A stretch of DNA of 64,000 nucleotides, from positions 11,027 to 75,026 of the forward strand of contig JAUWBN010000001.1 of NCBI GenBank assembly GCA_030601675.1, in the 5' to 3' direction. The translations under genes were made by a program, and so were the position numbers. This DNA comes from Hadesarchaea archaeon. Lineage in GTDB: Archaea; Hadarchaeota; Hadarchaeia; Hadarchaeales; Hadarchaeaceae. Shown piece after piece: positions 27,315-37,584 of this stretch (positions are counted from its first letter, which is position 1; each line of letters opens with the position of its first letter). The notes beneath the pieces are model-generated. The model was not told the origin of the DNA, ran no database searches, and saw only the letters and a list, made by a program, of their open reading frames with translations.

Positions 27315-28421
27315 TTATAAAATTTTGCCGCGCGCGTAAATCGCTCGGATATTGTCCGCTCGCGCTCGATTGACCAATCCCGCATGCACGTTGGTGAGGT
27401 TTGCGAGATTATTTCCGGGGGTGAGCACCATAAATGTCGCGCTACCCCCCTCCTCAACGGGCCCCCACGGTAAATTGAAAAGTTTTTGGGGTTCAATCGT
27501 GGCTGCACGCAGGAGTTTACGTGCTTCCTCACCTCCCGCAGCAGCATCCGCACGACGCAGGCACGCCCAAGCGAAGGAAAGTTCCTCAAATATGTTTGGC
27601 TGGCATACCATCGCGTTATCCGTTCCAATGCAAAAACGAGCGTTAGCTGCGAGTGCGAGGTGGATGGGAGGTACGCCGACGCCCAGCAAGCTGTTCGCCC
27701 TCGGGCAAAAAACAACGGGGACGTTATTCCTCTGTAGGGACACAAAATCTTCCTCGTTCGCGTGGGTTGCATGAACGATAAAAGATGGGCTGAGTTCAAG
27801 TGCTCGCTCGACCTCATCTCGGGCAGACGCTAACTCGGCAACATGAACCGAGAGAAGTTTCTTTGCCCGCTTGGTTTGTTCGGAGATTGACCGAAGTCCC
27901 TCCTCATCGAAAGCCTCGAGCGAAGGCAAACCAATCCCATCTGATTTTTTTAAAACAATTTTCAGTTCTTCGAGCGCGGACGGGCGACCCATGATAATTG
28001 ATTTTACCGCTTTGTGTGATGCCCCTCGAAGGAGCTCGACCCCTTCCGCTCCACCCTCCCTGAAGTCGCAGTGGGCGAGGGTGCTGGTGCGGAACATGTC
28101 CTGAAGCGTCGCGCGAACCGATGCAATCAACTCGCTGCGCGAACGTGAGCCCAGGGCACGAAATTTCTCCCCGCCTGGGCCGACCACTTGGGGCTGTGCC
28201 AAGCCGAGATAAAGCTCCTTGGAAACGGAATCAGCGACATGGGTATGCGCGTTCACGAAGGGAGGCAGGATGAACCCTCGTTTTAGATCGATGGCCCGCC
28301 CCGGGGGGGAGCCTTCGGAAATTTTTTCAATTAAGCCATCACGGACCACGAGGTAGCCGCGCGTGAGTTCGAGCTCCTCGCCCTCGAGAATGGTCGCGTT
28401 GGAAAGTACTCGCTTTGCCAT
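27315..28421 (-). CDS. Amidohydrolase family protein
   Basis: PPFVNAHTH, DFREGG, VHVAE, CPRAN and IGTDN. Confidence 0.85.
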   Translation of the reverse strand: MAKRVLSNATILEGEELELTRGYLVVRDGLIEKISEGSPPGRAIDLKRGFILPPFVNAHTHVADSVSKELYLGLAQPQVVGPGGEKFRALGSRSRSELIASVRATLQDMFRTSTLAHCDFREGGAEGVELLRGASHKAVKSIIMGRPSALEELKIVLKKSDGIGLPSLEAFDEEGLRSISEQTKRAKKLLSVHVAELASARDEVERALELSPSFIVHATHANEEDFVSLQRNNVPVVFCPRANSLLGVGVPPIHLALAANARFCIGTDNAMVCQPNIFEELSFAWACLRRADAAAGGEEARKLLRAATIEPQKLFNLPWGPVEEGGSATFMVLTPGNNLANLTNVHAGLVNRARADNIRAIYARGKIL

Positions 28422-28488
28422 GGGGCGCCCAACCCGCCTTGTTCAATCATGACTTAAAGGTTTATCAAACTCAGTATGACCGAGGCCG

Positions 28489-29001
28489 ATGGAACTAGTT
28501 GTCTTTAACGCCCGAGAGTGCGATCCCAAAAAGTGCACCACGATGCGCTTACATCGATTTGGGAAAATTCAGATGGTTTTCCAGCCCCGTGCTCTGCCGA
28601 ACGGCGCGATTCTGCTCGACCCGTTTGCGGAGCAAGCGCTCTCCGCGGGAGATGCGGAAGTTGCGAGCCAACGTGGGTTAGTGGCGCTCGATTGTTCATG
28701 GAAGCAGATCGGGCAAATTTCCCGCCTCCGAAAGCGGATGGTGCCACGAAGCCTGCCCTACTTGGTCGCTGCCAACCCCACGTACTATGGCCGCCCAACG
28801 ATATTGAGCACCGCCGAGGCGCTTGCGGCGGCCCTATTCATTTTGGGTGAACGAAGCCGTGCGAGGGAGATCCTCAGTATTTTCAAGTGGGGCCCAACAT
28901 TTCTCGAGCTGAATCACGAGCCGCTAGAAGCTTACGCCGACGCCGATGACAGCACGGAAGTCGTTGCCCTCCAGCGTCAATTCATGCCTTCCGCGAGGTA
29001 A
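28489..29001 (+). CDS. tsr3: 16S rRNA aminocarboxypropyltransferase Tsr3
   Basis: ECDPKKCT, LDCSW, RSLPYLVAANP..YG...LSTAEA and FKWG.TFLELN. Confidence 0.93.
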   Translation: MELVVFNARECDPKKCTTMRLHRFGKIQMVFQPRALPNGAILLDPFAEQALSAGDAEVASQRGLVALDCSWKQIGQISRLRKRMVPRSLPYLVAANPTYYGRPTILSTAEALAAALFILGERSRAREILSIFKWGPTFLELNHEPLEAYADADDSTEVVALQRQFMPSAR

Positions 29002-29069
29002 CAACTGGGGAGTTGTATTCCCAGAAAAAAGGTTTAAACTTGCGGGTACCTAAATAAATTGGTGGCGAG

Positions 29070-29246
29070 ATGCGCAGACGACGAGAGGAAGCGATGCCCC
29101 CCACGGGCGCCGGACTGATACGCTACTTTAAAGAGGAGGGCCACGGCATCAAAATTTCGCCAAAGAGTATAGTAATTTTCACCATCGCCATCATAATTTT
29201 CGAGATATTCCTGCGTTTTTACGGCAAAGCTTTGCTCGGGTTCTAG
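29070..29246 (+). CDS. secG: Preprotein translocase subunit Sec61beta (58 aa, missing from the ORF track)
   Basis: MRRRREEAMPPTGAGLIRYFKEEGHGIKISPKSIVIFTIAIIIFEIFLRFYGKALLGF, containing the AGLIRYF.E....KISP signature. TTTAAA box upstream. Confidence 0.9.
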   Translation: MRRRREEAMPPTGAGLIRYFKEEGHGIKISPKSIVIFTIAIIIFEIFLRFYGKALLGF

Positions 29247-30103
29247 AACCGCCCAGTTCTGGCCATCTCCTCGAGCCGTCGAATCCGTTCCTCAGTCGAT
29301 GGGTGGGTCGAGAAAAGCCCCCTCATGCTGACCTTTGCGAATGGGTTAACGATGAACATGTGGGAGGTCGATGGGTTGCCCTTCTGCATGGGTCTGTTCC
29401 TGACAGCTGATTGAAGGCTGCGCAGGGCGCTCGCCAGCGCGAGCGGTTTGCGCGAGATGCTGGCCCCACCGCGGTCCGCCCCATATTCGCGCCCGCGGGA
29501 TATCGAGAGCCTGACCAACATCGCGCAAAATGGTATCATGACCATCGCCAGGATTGCCAAGATCCCCCCTCCGCCGCGCCTGCGTCCACCACCCGCAAAT
29601 ATCGAGAACCACATCACATAGGTGATTACCGCCCCGATGATCGCCGCCATGGTGTTGATCAACATATCGCGGTTCTTCACGTGGGCGAGCTCGTGTCCCA
29701 ACACACCCTCGAGCTCATCCTTGTTCAACAGACGCATCGCCCCCTGCGTCACCGCGACGACCGAATGGGAGGGACTACGCCCGGTAGCGAACGCGTTTGG
29801 TGTGTCCGTGGGGATGATCGCCACCCGGGGTTTCGGCAGACGTGCACTCGATGCCAGGCGTTCCACCGTGCGGTGCAGCTCAGGCTCCTCGGCCTCGCTC
29901 ACGATTTTGGCCTTATAGAGCCTAAGCACCCATCGGTCGGCGTACCAGTACATGGCGATGTTCAGTACCACGGCCATGATGAGGGCAAATGTGAAGGTGA
30001 AAACTAGATTGGTGCCGGTGAGGTATCCGGCCACGAGACCCATCGCTAGCAAAAGCCCCGTGAGCATGGCCATCAGCAATGCGACTCGCGCGGTTCCACC
30101 CAT
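29243..30103 (-). CDS. htpX: Zinc metalloprotease HtpX
   Basis: PNAFATGR, HELAH, SRGREYGAD and STHP. Start set at MGGTARV. Confidence 0.93.
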   Translation of the reverse strand: MGGTARVALLMAMLTGLLLAMGLVAGYLTGTNLVFTFTFALIMAVVLNIAMYWYADRWVLRLYKAKIVSEAEEPELHRTVERLASSARLPKPRVAIIPTDTPNAFATGRSPSHSVVAVTQGAMRLLNKDELEGVLGHELAHVKNRDMLINTMAAIIGAVITYVMWFSIFAGGGRRRGGGGILAILAMVMIPFCAMLVRLSISRGREYGADRGGASISRKPLALASALRSLQSAVRNRPMQKGNPSTSHMFIVNPFAKVSMRGLFSTHPSTEERIRRLEEMARTGRF

Positions 30104-30120
30104 GCCATCGCCAAAATTGA

Positions 30121-30678
30121 TTATTCGCCACTTGTTAAAAAAACTTCCTCTAACCAATCCACTTTACCGGGCCTGAGCGAAACTTTGCCATCCAGCGCAT
30201 CCGAGAACAGTTTTACCGCGGCATCTGGGCTCAGTTTTGTCACGTCGATTTCGTAAACCTCGTCCATACCGTGCGCTTGAACGGCTTCCCAGAGGATAAT
30301 GCTCAGGGCCTCCGATTCGATGTTGTCGCGAATTTTGGCCTTCGAGTACTTGCGGGCACGAAGGCGCCGCTCGAGGACCTTTGGTCTGGTCCGGAGTATG
30401 ATAACATGGGTGAGGTATTTTTTGGGCAGCAGGTGTGCCAGCAGCCCCTCGACGACGACCGGGCCGCGAGAAGCTCGAATTGTGCGGACGAATTCCTTCC
30501 GCATTTTTTGAAGGTTGGCAATCTTCGTGTCGTTAACATCGAGTCTGTAAATTTTCTTCCTTCGGATAAGCGCGTTGAGATCGATTACTTGAGCGTTGAG
30601 TTTTTTCGCGAGCGCTCTGGCAAAAATCGACTTTCCCGTGCCCGGGGTGCCACTAACTGCTATCACCAAGCGCGCCAT
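30121..30678 (-). CDS. Adenylate kinase of the Fap7/AK6 type
   Basis: SGTPGTGKS, VVEGLLAH and RLRARKYSKAKIRDNIESE. Confidence 0.88.
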   Translation of the reverse strand: MARLVIAVSGTPGTGKSIFARALAKKLNAQVIDLNALIRRKKIYRLDVNDTKIANLQKMRKEFVRTIRASRGPVVVEGLLAHLLPKKYLTHVIILRTRPKVLERRLRARKYSKAKIRDNIESEALSIILWEAVQAHGMDEVYEIDVTKLSPDAAVKLFSDALDGKVSLRPGKVDWLEEVFLTSGE

Positions 30679-31700
30679 CAGAGTTTCTCCGAGCGCAAAT
30701 CGATGACGTTCTCGGGGTCCTTGCCCGTTGAGATCAGGGTGACCGGCACCTTGAGCTCACCCTCGATGCGCTCGATGAATGCCTTTGCATCCGCGGGGAG
30801 CTGCCCATAACTCCGGAGCCCAGAACTACCCTTGAAGAGCCGATCCAAACAGGTTATGGTGATTTGAGTGGCACCGTTTATCATCACCGAGCGCTTCGCC
30901 AGCTCGAAGTCGAACGCCCCGATGCGCCTCCGCCGCCCGGTGACCGTGCCGTACTCTACAATTCCAAGTCGCTTGGCCTCATCCACGGCCATCTCGGTCG
31001 GGAAGGGTCCCTCACCGACCCGGCTCACGTACGCCTTGAAGACGAGCATGACGTCATCGATCTTGGTTGGACCCACGCCCACATCGGCCGCAAGCGTGCT
31101 CGCTGAAGTATCCTTGCTCGTGACATAAGGATAGGTGCCGTGAATCAAAGAAAGGCCGAAACCCTGTGACCCCTCAATGAGCACGAGTTCATCCCTCCCC
31201 AGGGCGTCGCCAACCTCCTGGGGGACATCGGTGAGAAAGCGTTTGAGTTCAGGAATTTCCTCCGCCAGCTTTGCAACGCGGTTCACCCTCGCAACGTTTG
31301 CCGGGCCGCAGCCCGTCCCCGTGGTGCCTATCTTGCCCTTCAGGTGCGCCGAGGTGCGATCCCGCTCGATGTGGAGGGACTCGATGACCGTGCAGCGCCG
31401 ATCCACGCCGAGCCTATCGCCCGTGCCCGTCAGCTCGACCTCCTTCAGCACGATCTCGGGGTTGACGAGCACCCCGGGCCCGATGAGCAGGCGCGCCCCC
31501 TCGTAGGTGAATCCACATGGGATTTGGCGCAGCCCTAATTTCTTCCCCCGGGCGTACACCGTGTGACCGGCGTTCGGCCCTACTCCCGCGCGCGCGACGA
31601 TTTTCGGTTTATCGTGGAGCGCAAGATATGCGATGATTTTTCCCTTGCCCTCATCACCCCAGAATCCCCCCGCAACGATCATGCACGGCAAACCCTTCAC
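30678..31700 (-). CDS. purA: Adenylosuccinate synthetase (short archaeal form)
   Basis: [26 protein letters not shown] and [11 protein letters not shown]. Confidence 0.96.
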   Translation of the reverse strand: MKGLPCMIVAGGFWGDEGKGKIIAYLALHDKPKIVARAGVGPNAGHTVYARGKKLGLRQIPCGFTYEGARLLIGPGVLVNPEIVLKEVELTGTGDRLGVDRRCTVIESLHIERDRTSAHLKGKIGTTGTGCGPANVARVNRVAKLAEEIPELKRFLTDVPQEVGDALGRDELVLIEGSQGFGLSLIHGTYPYVTSKDTSASTLAADVGVGPTKIDDVMLVFKAYVSRVGEGPFPTEMAVDEAKRLGIVEYGTVTGRRRRIGAFDFELAKRSVMINGATQITITCLDRLFKGSSGLRSYGQLPADAKAFIERIEGELKVPVTLISTGKDPENVIDLRSEKL

Positions 31701-31847
31701 CTCTGCCCACTAAGCGGTGCCGCCTTAAATTTTTATTGAACTTGGCCACGACCAACGTGACTTGATGGATGAAAGTTTTCCCAACTCATGCAAAGCCATT
31801 AAAAACTCGATTTTCACCAAAATTACCTATTTAAAAGCCCATTTGAG

Positions 31848-31861
31848 GAAAGGTTTAAATA
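31848..31861 (+). promoter_or_regulatory. BRE/TATA box of the histone gene
   Basis: GAAAGG-TTTAAATA about 60 nt upstream of the histone ATG, with GGAGG SD between. Confidence 0.6.
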
Positions 31862-31923
31862 CTGCCCAAATAAATGGAAAATTTGCCCTACAAGTGGCTT
31901 GAAATACTCGAGGAGGCGGATAA

Positions 31924-32130
31924 ATGGTTGAATTGCCCGTCGCGGCGATAGATCGCATCATCCGAAAATCGGGTGCCAAGCGGGTGAGTGAGAGCGCAGC
32001 CGTTGCACTGGCCGAGGTTCTCGAAGAGCGCGCCCTCTCAATTGCGAACGAAGCAGCTAAGCTCGCGGAGCACGCTGGACGAAGGACCGTTCGAGATGTC
32101 GATATCAGGCTGGCTGCTAAGAGGCTCTAA
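31924..32130 (+). CDS. Archaeal histone (HMf family)
   Basis: ELPVAAIDRIIRKSGAKRVS...AEHAGRRTVRDVDIRLA. Confidence 0.96.
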   Translation: MVELPVAAIDRIIRKSGAKRVSESAAVALAEVLEERALSIANEAAKLAEHAGRRTVRDVDIRLAAKRL

Positions 32131-32168
32131 TTTTAAATTCTCCTCGCCCTAATGATTTTGGGATTTGA

Positions 32169-32486
32169 TTGAGCGAAGCCGAGCCGCGCGTAAGTGAGAT
32201 GCCGCGCCTCTATAACGTCTTCGACATGCCGAAGCTCATGTCGGTGCGAGCAACCACAACACTTCGTTCAAAAGTTGATCTCGAAGAAATCCTCAAGCGA
32301 ATTCCCCGTGCGCGAAAGGTGAAAACATCGAACAAGGAGATCGTGAAATTCGAGCTAAGCCGGGGCACTTATCTCCTTCTCTTTCCCTCGCGCTACGTCG
32401 AGGTTCATGCTCCCGACGAAGGAAGCGTTCGCGAGACCCTGCTGGCCTTCAGGGACGAGCTCTTCAAAAATGGGTTGATCAAATAG
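32169..32486 (+). CDS. Hypothetical protein with a single TBP-like repeat
   Basis: KLMSVRATTTLRSKVDLEEIL...P...LLLFPS..VEV......V...L....L...G follows the pattern of one TATA-binding-protein repeat. Confidence 0.6.
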   Translation: MSEAEPRVSEMPRLYNVFDMPKLMSVRATTTLRSKVDLEEILKRIPRARKVKTSNKEIVKFELSRGTYLLLFPSRYVEVHAPDEGSVRETLLAFRDELFKNGLIK

Positions 32487-32497
32487 CTGGTTCTAGC

Positions 32498-33445
32498 ATG
32501 CGAGAGTTGTTGAAAGGTGCACGAATAGCCGTAGAAATCTGTATGGGCGTCAAATCTGGAGAACGCATCTTGGTTGTTACAGACCCCCCGAGGCGAAAAA
32601 TTGCCGAAGCCCTTCTCGAAGCCGCTCGCATCGTCGGGGCCAAAACAATGCTCATCTGCATGCCAACTGGTATCAGGCATGGGGGGGAACCGCCAAAAAT
32701 CGTGGGGCAGGCGATGCGCACCGCCGATGTCGTGTTCGCGCCCACCACCTACTCGCTTACCCACACCCAAGCCCGCCTTGAAGCGTGCGAAGCTGGCGCG
32801 AGAGTCGCGACGATGCCGATGATAACCGAGACCATAATGCAGCGCGGCGCAATGCTCGCTGACTACAAACAAGTAAGCAAGTTGACGATGAAAATTGTAA
32901 ACCTATTTGATAAAGCATCCGAAGTTGAAGTTCGGACCAGAGCTGGGACTTATTTAACCTTCAGCATCGAGGGACGAAGAGCGCACCCCGATACTGGAAT
33001 CTTCCACAAACCAGGCGATTACGGGAACTTGCCAGCTGGCGAGGCTTTCATCGCGCCGATCGAGGGTACAGCTGAGGGGAAAGTGGTCGTCGACGGCTCG
33101 ATGGTCGATACCTTACGTGGGGCAATTGAGATCTTAATCGAAAGGGGGAGAACGGTGAAAATTTCCGGTGGGCCTGCTCGAAAGCTCACCAAGATGCTGG
33201 AGGAAGCCGGGGCAAAAGCTAGAAATTTAGCTGAATTCGGCATGGGCACAAACCCGAAAGCACGCCTCATCGGAAATGTGCTCGAGGACGAGAAAGTTCT
33301 CGGCACCTGTCACATCGCGCTGGGGGACAACTCGACCTTCGGTGGGCGGGTTCGGGCTGGAATTCATGTGGATGGTATCTTCTTGAAGCCCACGGTTAAA
33401 TTCGATGAAAAGATGATAATGAAAAACGGAAAACTCAAAGTTTAG
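32498..33445 (+). CDS. Aminopeptidase (M29/thermophilic metallopeptidase-like)
   Basis: GNLPAGEAFIAP, AEFGMGTN, EDEKVLGTCHIALG and IHVD. Confidence 0.87.
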   Translation: MRELLKGARIAVEICMGVKSGERILVVTDPPRRKIAEALLEAARIVGAKTMLICMPTGIRHGGEPPKIVGQAMRTADVVFAPTTYSLTHTQARLEACEAGARVATMPMITETIMQRGAMLADYKQVSKLTMKIVNLFDKASEVEVRTRAGTYLTFSIEGRRAHPDTGIFHKPGDYGNLPAGEAFIAPIEGTAEGKVVVDGSMVDTLRGAIEILIERGRTVKISGGPARKLTKMLEEAGAKARNLAEFGMGTNPKARLIGNVLEDEKVLGTCHIALGDNSTFGGRVRAGIHVDGIFLKPTVKFDEKMIMKNGKLKV

Positions 33446-33466
33446 TTTTATTCTACCATTACCGAC

Positions 33467-34213
33467 TTAGCGAGCTTTGCGCACGAGCTTGGATGCAGCT
33501 TCTTCGTCAAGGATAAAAATACAGTTGGGATGCCTCTGGAGAATAGATGCAGGCACATCGGTAGTTATCGGACCTTCAACGGACTTGGCAACGGCCTCCG
33601 CCTTTCCCACGCCGCTCGCTAGGAGTATGATCTTTCTCACCTCCATGATGGTTTCCATTCCCATGGAGAGGGCTTGGCGAGGCACCTCCTCGATGGATTT
33701 GAAGAAGCGCGCATTGTCTTTTATCGTTCGCTCCGAAAGGTTCACAACCATCGTTCTGGAGTCGGATGGTGAACCCGGCTCGTTGAAGGCTATGTGCCCG
33801 TTAGCCCCTATGCCTAGTAGCTGAAGGTCGATTCCGCCCGCCCTTTTGATGAGTTCCTCAAATTCTTTACAAGTCCTTTGGAGATCGGCTGATAAACCGT
33901 CGGGAACATACGTGTTTTCTATTTTGATATTCACGTGGCGGAAGAGGTTTTCGTCCATAAAGTATCGGTAGCTCTGGGGGTGGGTTGGTGGTAACCCGAT
34001 GTACTCATCGAGATTGAAGGTTATAACGCGAGAGAAGTCGAGCCCCTCCTCCTTGTGCATGCGGATAAGCTCCTGATAACAGCCCACGGGAGTACCGCCC
34101 GTCGCCAGACCGAGAACTAAGTTCGGCTTGTTCCTTATGGCATCAGCAATTATCCTCGCGGCTCTGCTGCTCATTTCATCATAATCTTTTACGATGGAGA
34201 TATTGGTTGACAT
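33467..34213 (-). CDS. nagB: Glucosamine-6-phosphate deaminase (bacterial NagB type)
   Basis: LGLATGGTP, FNLDEY, GIGANGHIAFNEP, NARFF and PASILQRH. Confidence 0.93.
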   Translation of the reverse strand: MSTNISIVKDYDEMSSRAARIIADAIRNKPNLVLGLATGGTPVGCYQELIRMHKEEGLDFSRVITFNLDEYIGLPPTHPQSYRYFMDENLFRHVNIKIENTYVPDGLSADLQRTCKEFEELIKRAGGIDLQLLGIGANGHIAFNEPGSPSDSRTMVVNLSERTIKDNARFFKSIEEVPRQALSMGMETIMEVRKIILLASGVGKAEAVAKSVEGPITTDVPASILQRHPNCIFILDEEAASKLVRKAR

Positions 34214-34215
34214 AT

Positions 34216-36105
34216 CTACTTGGCCCCCCTCTTCTTCAATTCCCGCTCGAGCAGTTGATGTACCAGCTTGCCATCGGCCCGCCCCCGCACCCGCTCCATG
34301 AGAATTCCCATGAGTGGGGCAATCGCCGCTCGCCCCCGCCGCTCGATGAGTTCGCGATTGCCCGCAACGACTTCCCTCACGAGTTTCCTGAGCTCGGCCT
34401 TCTCCATCACGGCAAGCCCCAGCTTCTCGATCGCCGTTTGAACGCTCACGCCTCGCGCGGCCCCCCTCAAGACCTCTGGTACCGCTTCCTTCGCGAGTTT
34501 TCCCTTCGCCACGCCCGCGAAGAGCCCCTCAAGCACCGCTTTTTGGATGACCTCTACTCGCACGCCCTCGCGCCTCAAGCTCACCAATGTCTCTTCAAGG
34601 GTCGTCGCAATCAGGGTCGGGTTGGCTTTGGACTTCCTGGCGAGTTCCTCGAAAAGCTCCAAGTTTTCCGACAAGCTCATCCGCTCGGCCAGTTCCTTCC
34701 CAAGCCCGTATTTCTCCATCAAGCGCGCGCGCCGCTTCTCGGGCAGCTCCGGCAACCGTGCCTTAATTTGCCTCAGCCTTAGTGGGGTAATCGCGATGGG
34801 GGGAATGTCCGTCTCGGGATACATCCGTCCGGCACCCGGTAACGGGCGCATGAACTCCGTGTTCCCATCAGGCAGGGCTCGGCGCGTCTCCTCGGGGATC
34901 CCCCCGAGCGCTTGGTTTGCTCTGTCAACGACCGCGCTGAGCGCGGCCTCCGCCTTCTCCTTGGCGTCCGCTATGAACACGACCGCATCGCCTTCCACGG
35001 CACCCGTTGCCCTCCTCAATCCATTGATTTCCTCCTGCGAGATCCCATAGGCCGGTAGCTCGTCCGTGTGGAAGAGGCCGCCGACCCCGCCGTAGAGCTT
35101 GGCACAATCCGCGAGCTCCGTGCCGAACCTCCGGCCGGGCTGCAACTCTTTGCCCAAGAACCCGGCGAACTTGGGCAGTTTGACGGCGAGTACGGTACCA
35201 CCAGCTTGGAGCGCACTGCGGATGACCCCCGAGCTCGTCTTGGAGAACACCCTCCTCACGTCGATGATTTTTTTCACGACCCTCCTGGCCCCGCGCCACC
35301 TTATTTCATCGCGGATCTCCAAGAGAGCCAGTTGTCTTTGAACTTCGCGTTCGATTACCGTCGAGATGAGCGCGAGCTCCTGTACCCCCTTGATCTCTTG
35401 GCGCGCGCCTCCAGCTATCGAGATGTTTACGTCCTGACGGATGGTGCCTATCCCTCGCTTGACCTTGCCGGTGGCGCGGAGAAGTTGTCCGATGTAGAGC
35501 GCGGCTTTGGCCGGCGTGTAAGGGTCGAAGAAATCTGGTCCCGTGGCGATCTCGACGAGTGGGATACCTAGCCGATCCAAACGGTAATCGATGAGTCCGA
35601 CGCCCTCATCCATCTTTCGCGCCGCATCCTCCTCCAAGCAAATAGTTGGGACCCGAAAACTCTTCCCCTCGACCTCGACGCGGCCACCCGTGGCTATTAA
35701 GAGGGTCCGTTGGAAGCCGCACGTGTTGCTTCCGTCGATCACTATCTTCCGCATCGTGTGCACCTCATCGAGGGGCTTTGCGTTCAGTAAGAGGGCAGCC
35801 TCGAGCGTGATGTCCACAGCTTCCTCGTTGACGAGGTGCGGGGGTTCCTCATCCAGCTCGACCAAGCAAACGCTATCGGGATAAAGCTGATACCTGAACC
35901 CTTTTCCCTTCAGCGCCTCCGCCAGCGCGGCGCGATCCACCTCCCCCAGCTCGCTCTGGGTCGGACGTAACCTTCGCTTCACCTCGAGTCGCGGCTCTTC
36001 ATCGCGCAGCGCTGAAGGGCAGTTGCAAAACAACTTGTGGGTGTCAAGCTCTTGGTGGATCTCAAACCCGACGCGCAGGCCAAGTTTCTCGTAATTCAAC
36101 TCCAT
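34216..36105 (-). CDS. gatE: Glu-tRNA(Gln) amidotransferase subunit E
   Basis: GFEIHQEL, DGSNTCGFQRT, RLDRLGIPLVEI, GTIRQDVN and RMYPETD. Confidence 0.96.
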   Translation of the reverse strand: MELNYEKLGLRVGFEIHQELDTHKLFCNCPSALRDEEPRLEVKRRLRPTQSELGEVDRAALAEALKGKGFRYQLYPDSVCLVELDEEPPHLVNEEAVDITLEAALLLNAKPLDEVHTMRKIVIDGSNTCGFQRTLLIATGGRVEVEGKSFRVPTICLEEDAARKMDEGVGLIDYRLDRLGIPLVEIATGPDFFDPYTPAKAALYIGQLLRATGKVKRGIGTIRQDVNISIAGGARQEIKGVQELALISTVIEREVQRQLALLEIRDEIRWRGARRVVKKIIDVRRVFSKTSSGVIRSALQAGGTVLAVKLPKFAGFLGKELQPGRRFGTELADCAKLYGGVGGLFHTDELPAYGISQEEINGLRRATGAVEGDAVVFIADAKEKAEAALSAVVDRANQALGGIPEETRRALPDGNTEFMRPLPGAGRMYPETDIPPIAITPLRLRQIKARLPELPEKRRARLMEKYGLGKELAERMSLSENLELFEELARKSKANPTLIATTLEETLVSLRREGVRVEVIQKAVLEGLFAGVAKGKLAKEAVPEVLRGAARGVSVQTAIEKLGLAVMEKAELRKLVREVVAGNRELIERRGRAAIAPLMGILMERVRGRADGKLVHQLLERELKKRGAK

Positions 36106-36132
36106 CTAAAACTCTCTCCGACCTCAGCCAGC

Positions 36133-37482
36133 CTAATCACCGGCTTTAAGGGAGAACACTGGCTTCAGGAATACATCCGGCCTCGTCCGCGGGGTGATCT
36201 CGCCAGCCAGATTCGTGCGCATCAGCTTCGAAACCTCCTCGACCCCTTTAGCATGGGCGAGCACCCACATCAGTTTTACATAAGCGGTTTCGGGAAGCAT
36301 GTCCTCAGCTGGAATCACGCCCAGCTGGAGCAAATCGCGGCCCGTGGAGTAAACCTTCATGTCGATTCGCCCCCAAAGACACTGCGAAGTCATCACCACG
36401 GGCACCCCTTTGCCCACAGCGAACTTGATCCCTTCAAACAACGACTCCGGCACGTGTCCCAGACCCGTTCCCTCTAGCACGATACCTTTATCCCCCGCCT
36501 TAAGCATGCCCTCGATGACACTCGAAGGCATCCCCGGCGTGACCTTCAGGAGCGCCACGCGCGGCTCGAATTTTCCATCGACCTTTACCCTGCCTTTCGG
36601 CTTCGCGCGGTTGTAGTCGTCACGGAAAAGTTTCAACTCACCGCCCCGAACCATGCCGATTGGAATATCGTTGATCGTCTGGAAGGTGTCGCGGCGGCTC
36701 GTGTGGCACTTGCGGACCTTGGTGCCCCGATGGATCAGGCAAAAATCATCCTCCGTCGACCCATGCATCACCACACACACCTCGGCGATGTCGGACTTGC
36801 CAGCCACCGTGACCGCCCCTATCAAGTTGAGCGCCGCATCGCTGCTGGGACGGTCCGAGGAGCGTTGGGAGCCCACGAGCACGACCGACCTGAAGAGGTC
36901 CTTGAGCATGAAGCTCAACGCGGCGGCGGTGTAGCCCATGGTGTCGGTGCCGTGTGCGACGACCACCCCCCTAGCGCCCGCATTCAGCTCCTTTGCAATC
37001 GCCTTTCCGACTTTCACCCAGAGCTCAGGCGTCATGTGCTCGCTGAAAACGTTGCAGGCCTCGATGACACGTATGTTTGCTAAATCGGCTAATTCCGGCA
37101 CGGCGCTGTAAATCTCCTCAGGCGTGAACGCTGGGTAAACGGCGCCAGTCCGATAATCGACGCGAGAGGCGATGGTGCCCCCCGTGCCGACAATGCTCAC
37201 ATCAGGTTTTGAGGGGTCTCGCTTGATTTTGAGGGGAGGTATGCCCAACCTCGGTGGCTTTCCCTTCTCGAGCTTCACCAGCTTTGCCCCCTTGCCGAGC
37301 TTGATGCCGAGGTTGTATCCGCTTGCGAGCTTGAGGACGATGTGATTTGGATCACCTAGTTCAGTTCGAGGCATGAGCACGCCCTCGTAAACTGAGCCGG
37401 CCTTCTCCACCCTAACCCGATCGCCGACCTCGACCGAAGCTGCCCTCAGGAGCTGCTGAACCTTCCCCCTGTAGCTGGACAT
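36133..37482 (-). CDS. gatD: Glu-tRNA(Gln) amidotransferase subunit D
   Basis: TGGTIASRVDYRTG, HGTDT, SQRSSDRPSSD and HTSRRD. Confidence 0.96.
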   Translation of the reverse strand: MSSYRGKVQQLLRAASVEVGDRVRVEKAGSVYEGVLMPRTELGDPNHIVLKLASGYNLGIKLGKGAKLVKLEKGKPPRLGIPPLKIKRDPSKPDVSIVGTGGTIASRVDYRTGAVYPAFTPEEIYSAVPELADLANIRVIEACNVFSEHMTPELWVKVGKAIAKELNAGARGVVVAHGTDTMGYTAAALSFMLKDLFRSVVLVGSQRSSDRPSSDAALNLIGAVTVAGKSDIAEVCVVMHGSTEDDFCLIHRGTKVRKCHTSRRDTFQTINDIPIGMVRGGELKLFRDDYNRAKPKGRVKVDGKFEPRVALLKVTPGMPSSVIEGMLKAGDKGIVLEGTGLGHVPESLFEGIKFAVGKGVPVVMTSQCLWGRIDMKVYSTGRDLLQLGVIPAEDMLPETAYVKLMWVLAHAKGVEEVSKLMRTNLAGEITPRTRPDVFLKPVFSLKAGD

Positions 37483-37584
37483 CCGCACCAGCTTGCACTA
37501 ATGCGCGCAGACTTACATCGGTAGCCCCAGAGTTCTCGGGGAAGGACCGATCCCAACCGAGAAGTGGGGCTGTTTTGAAAAAAA

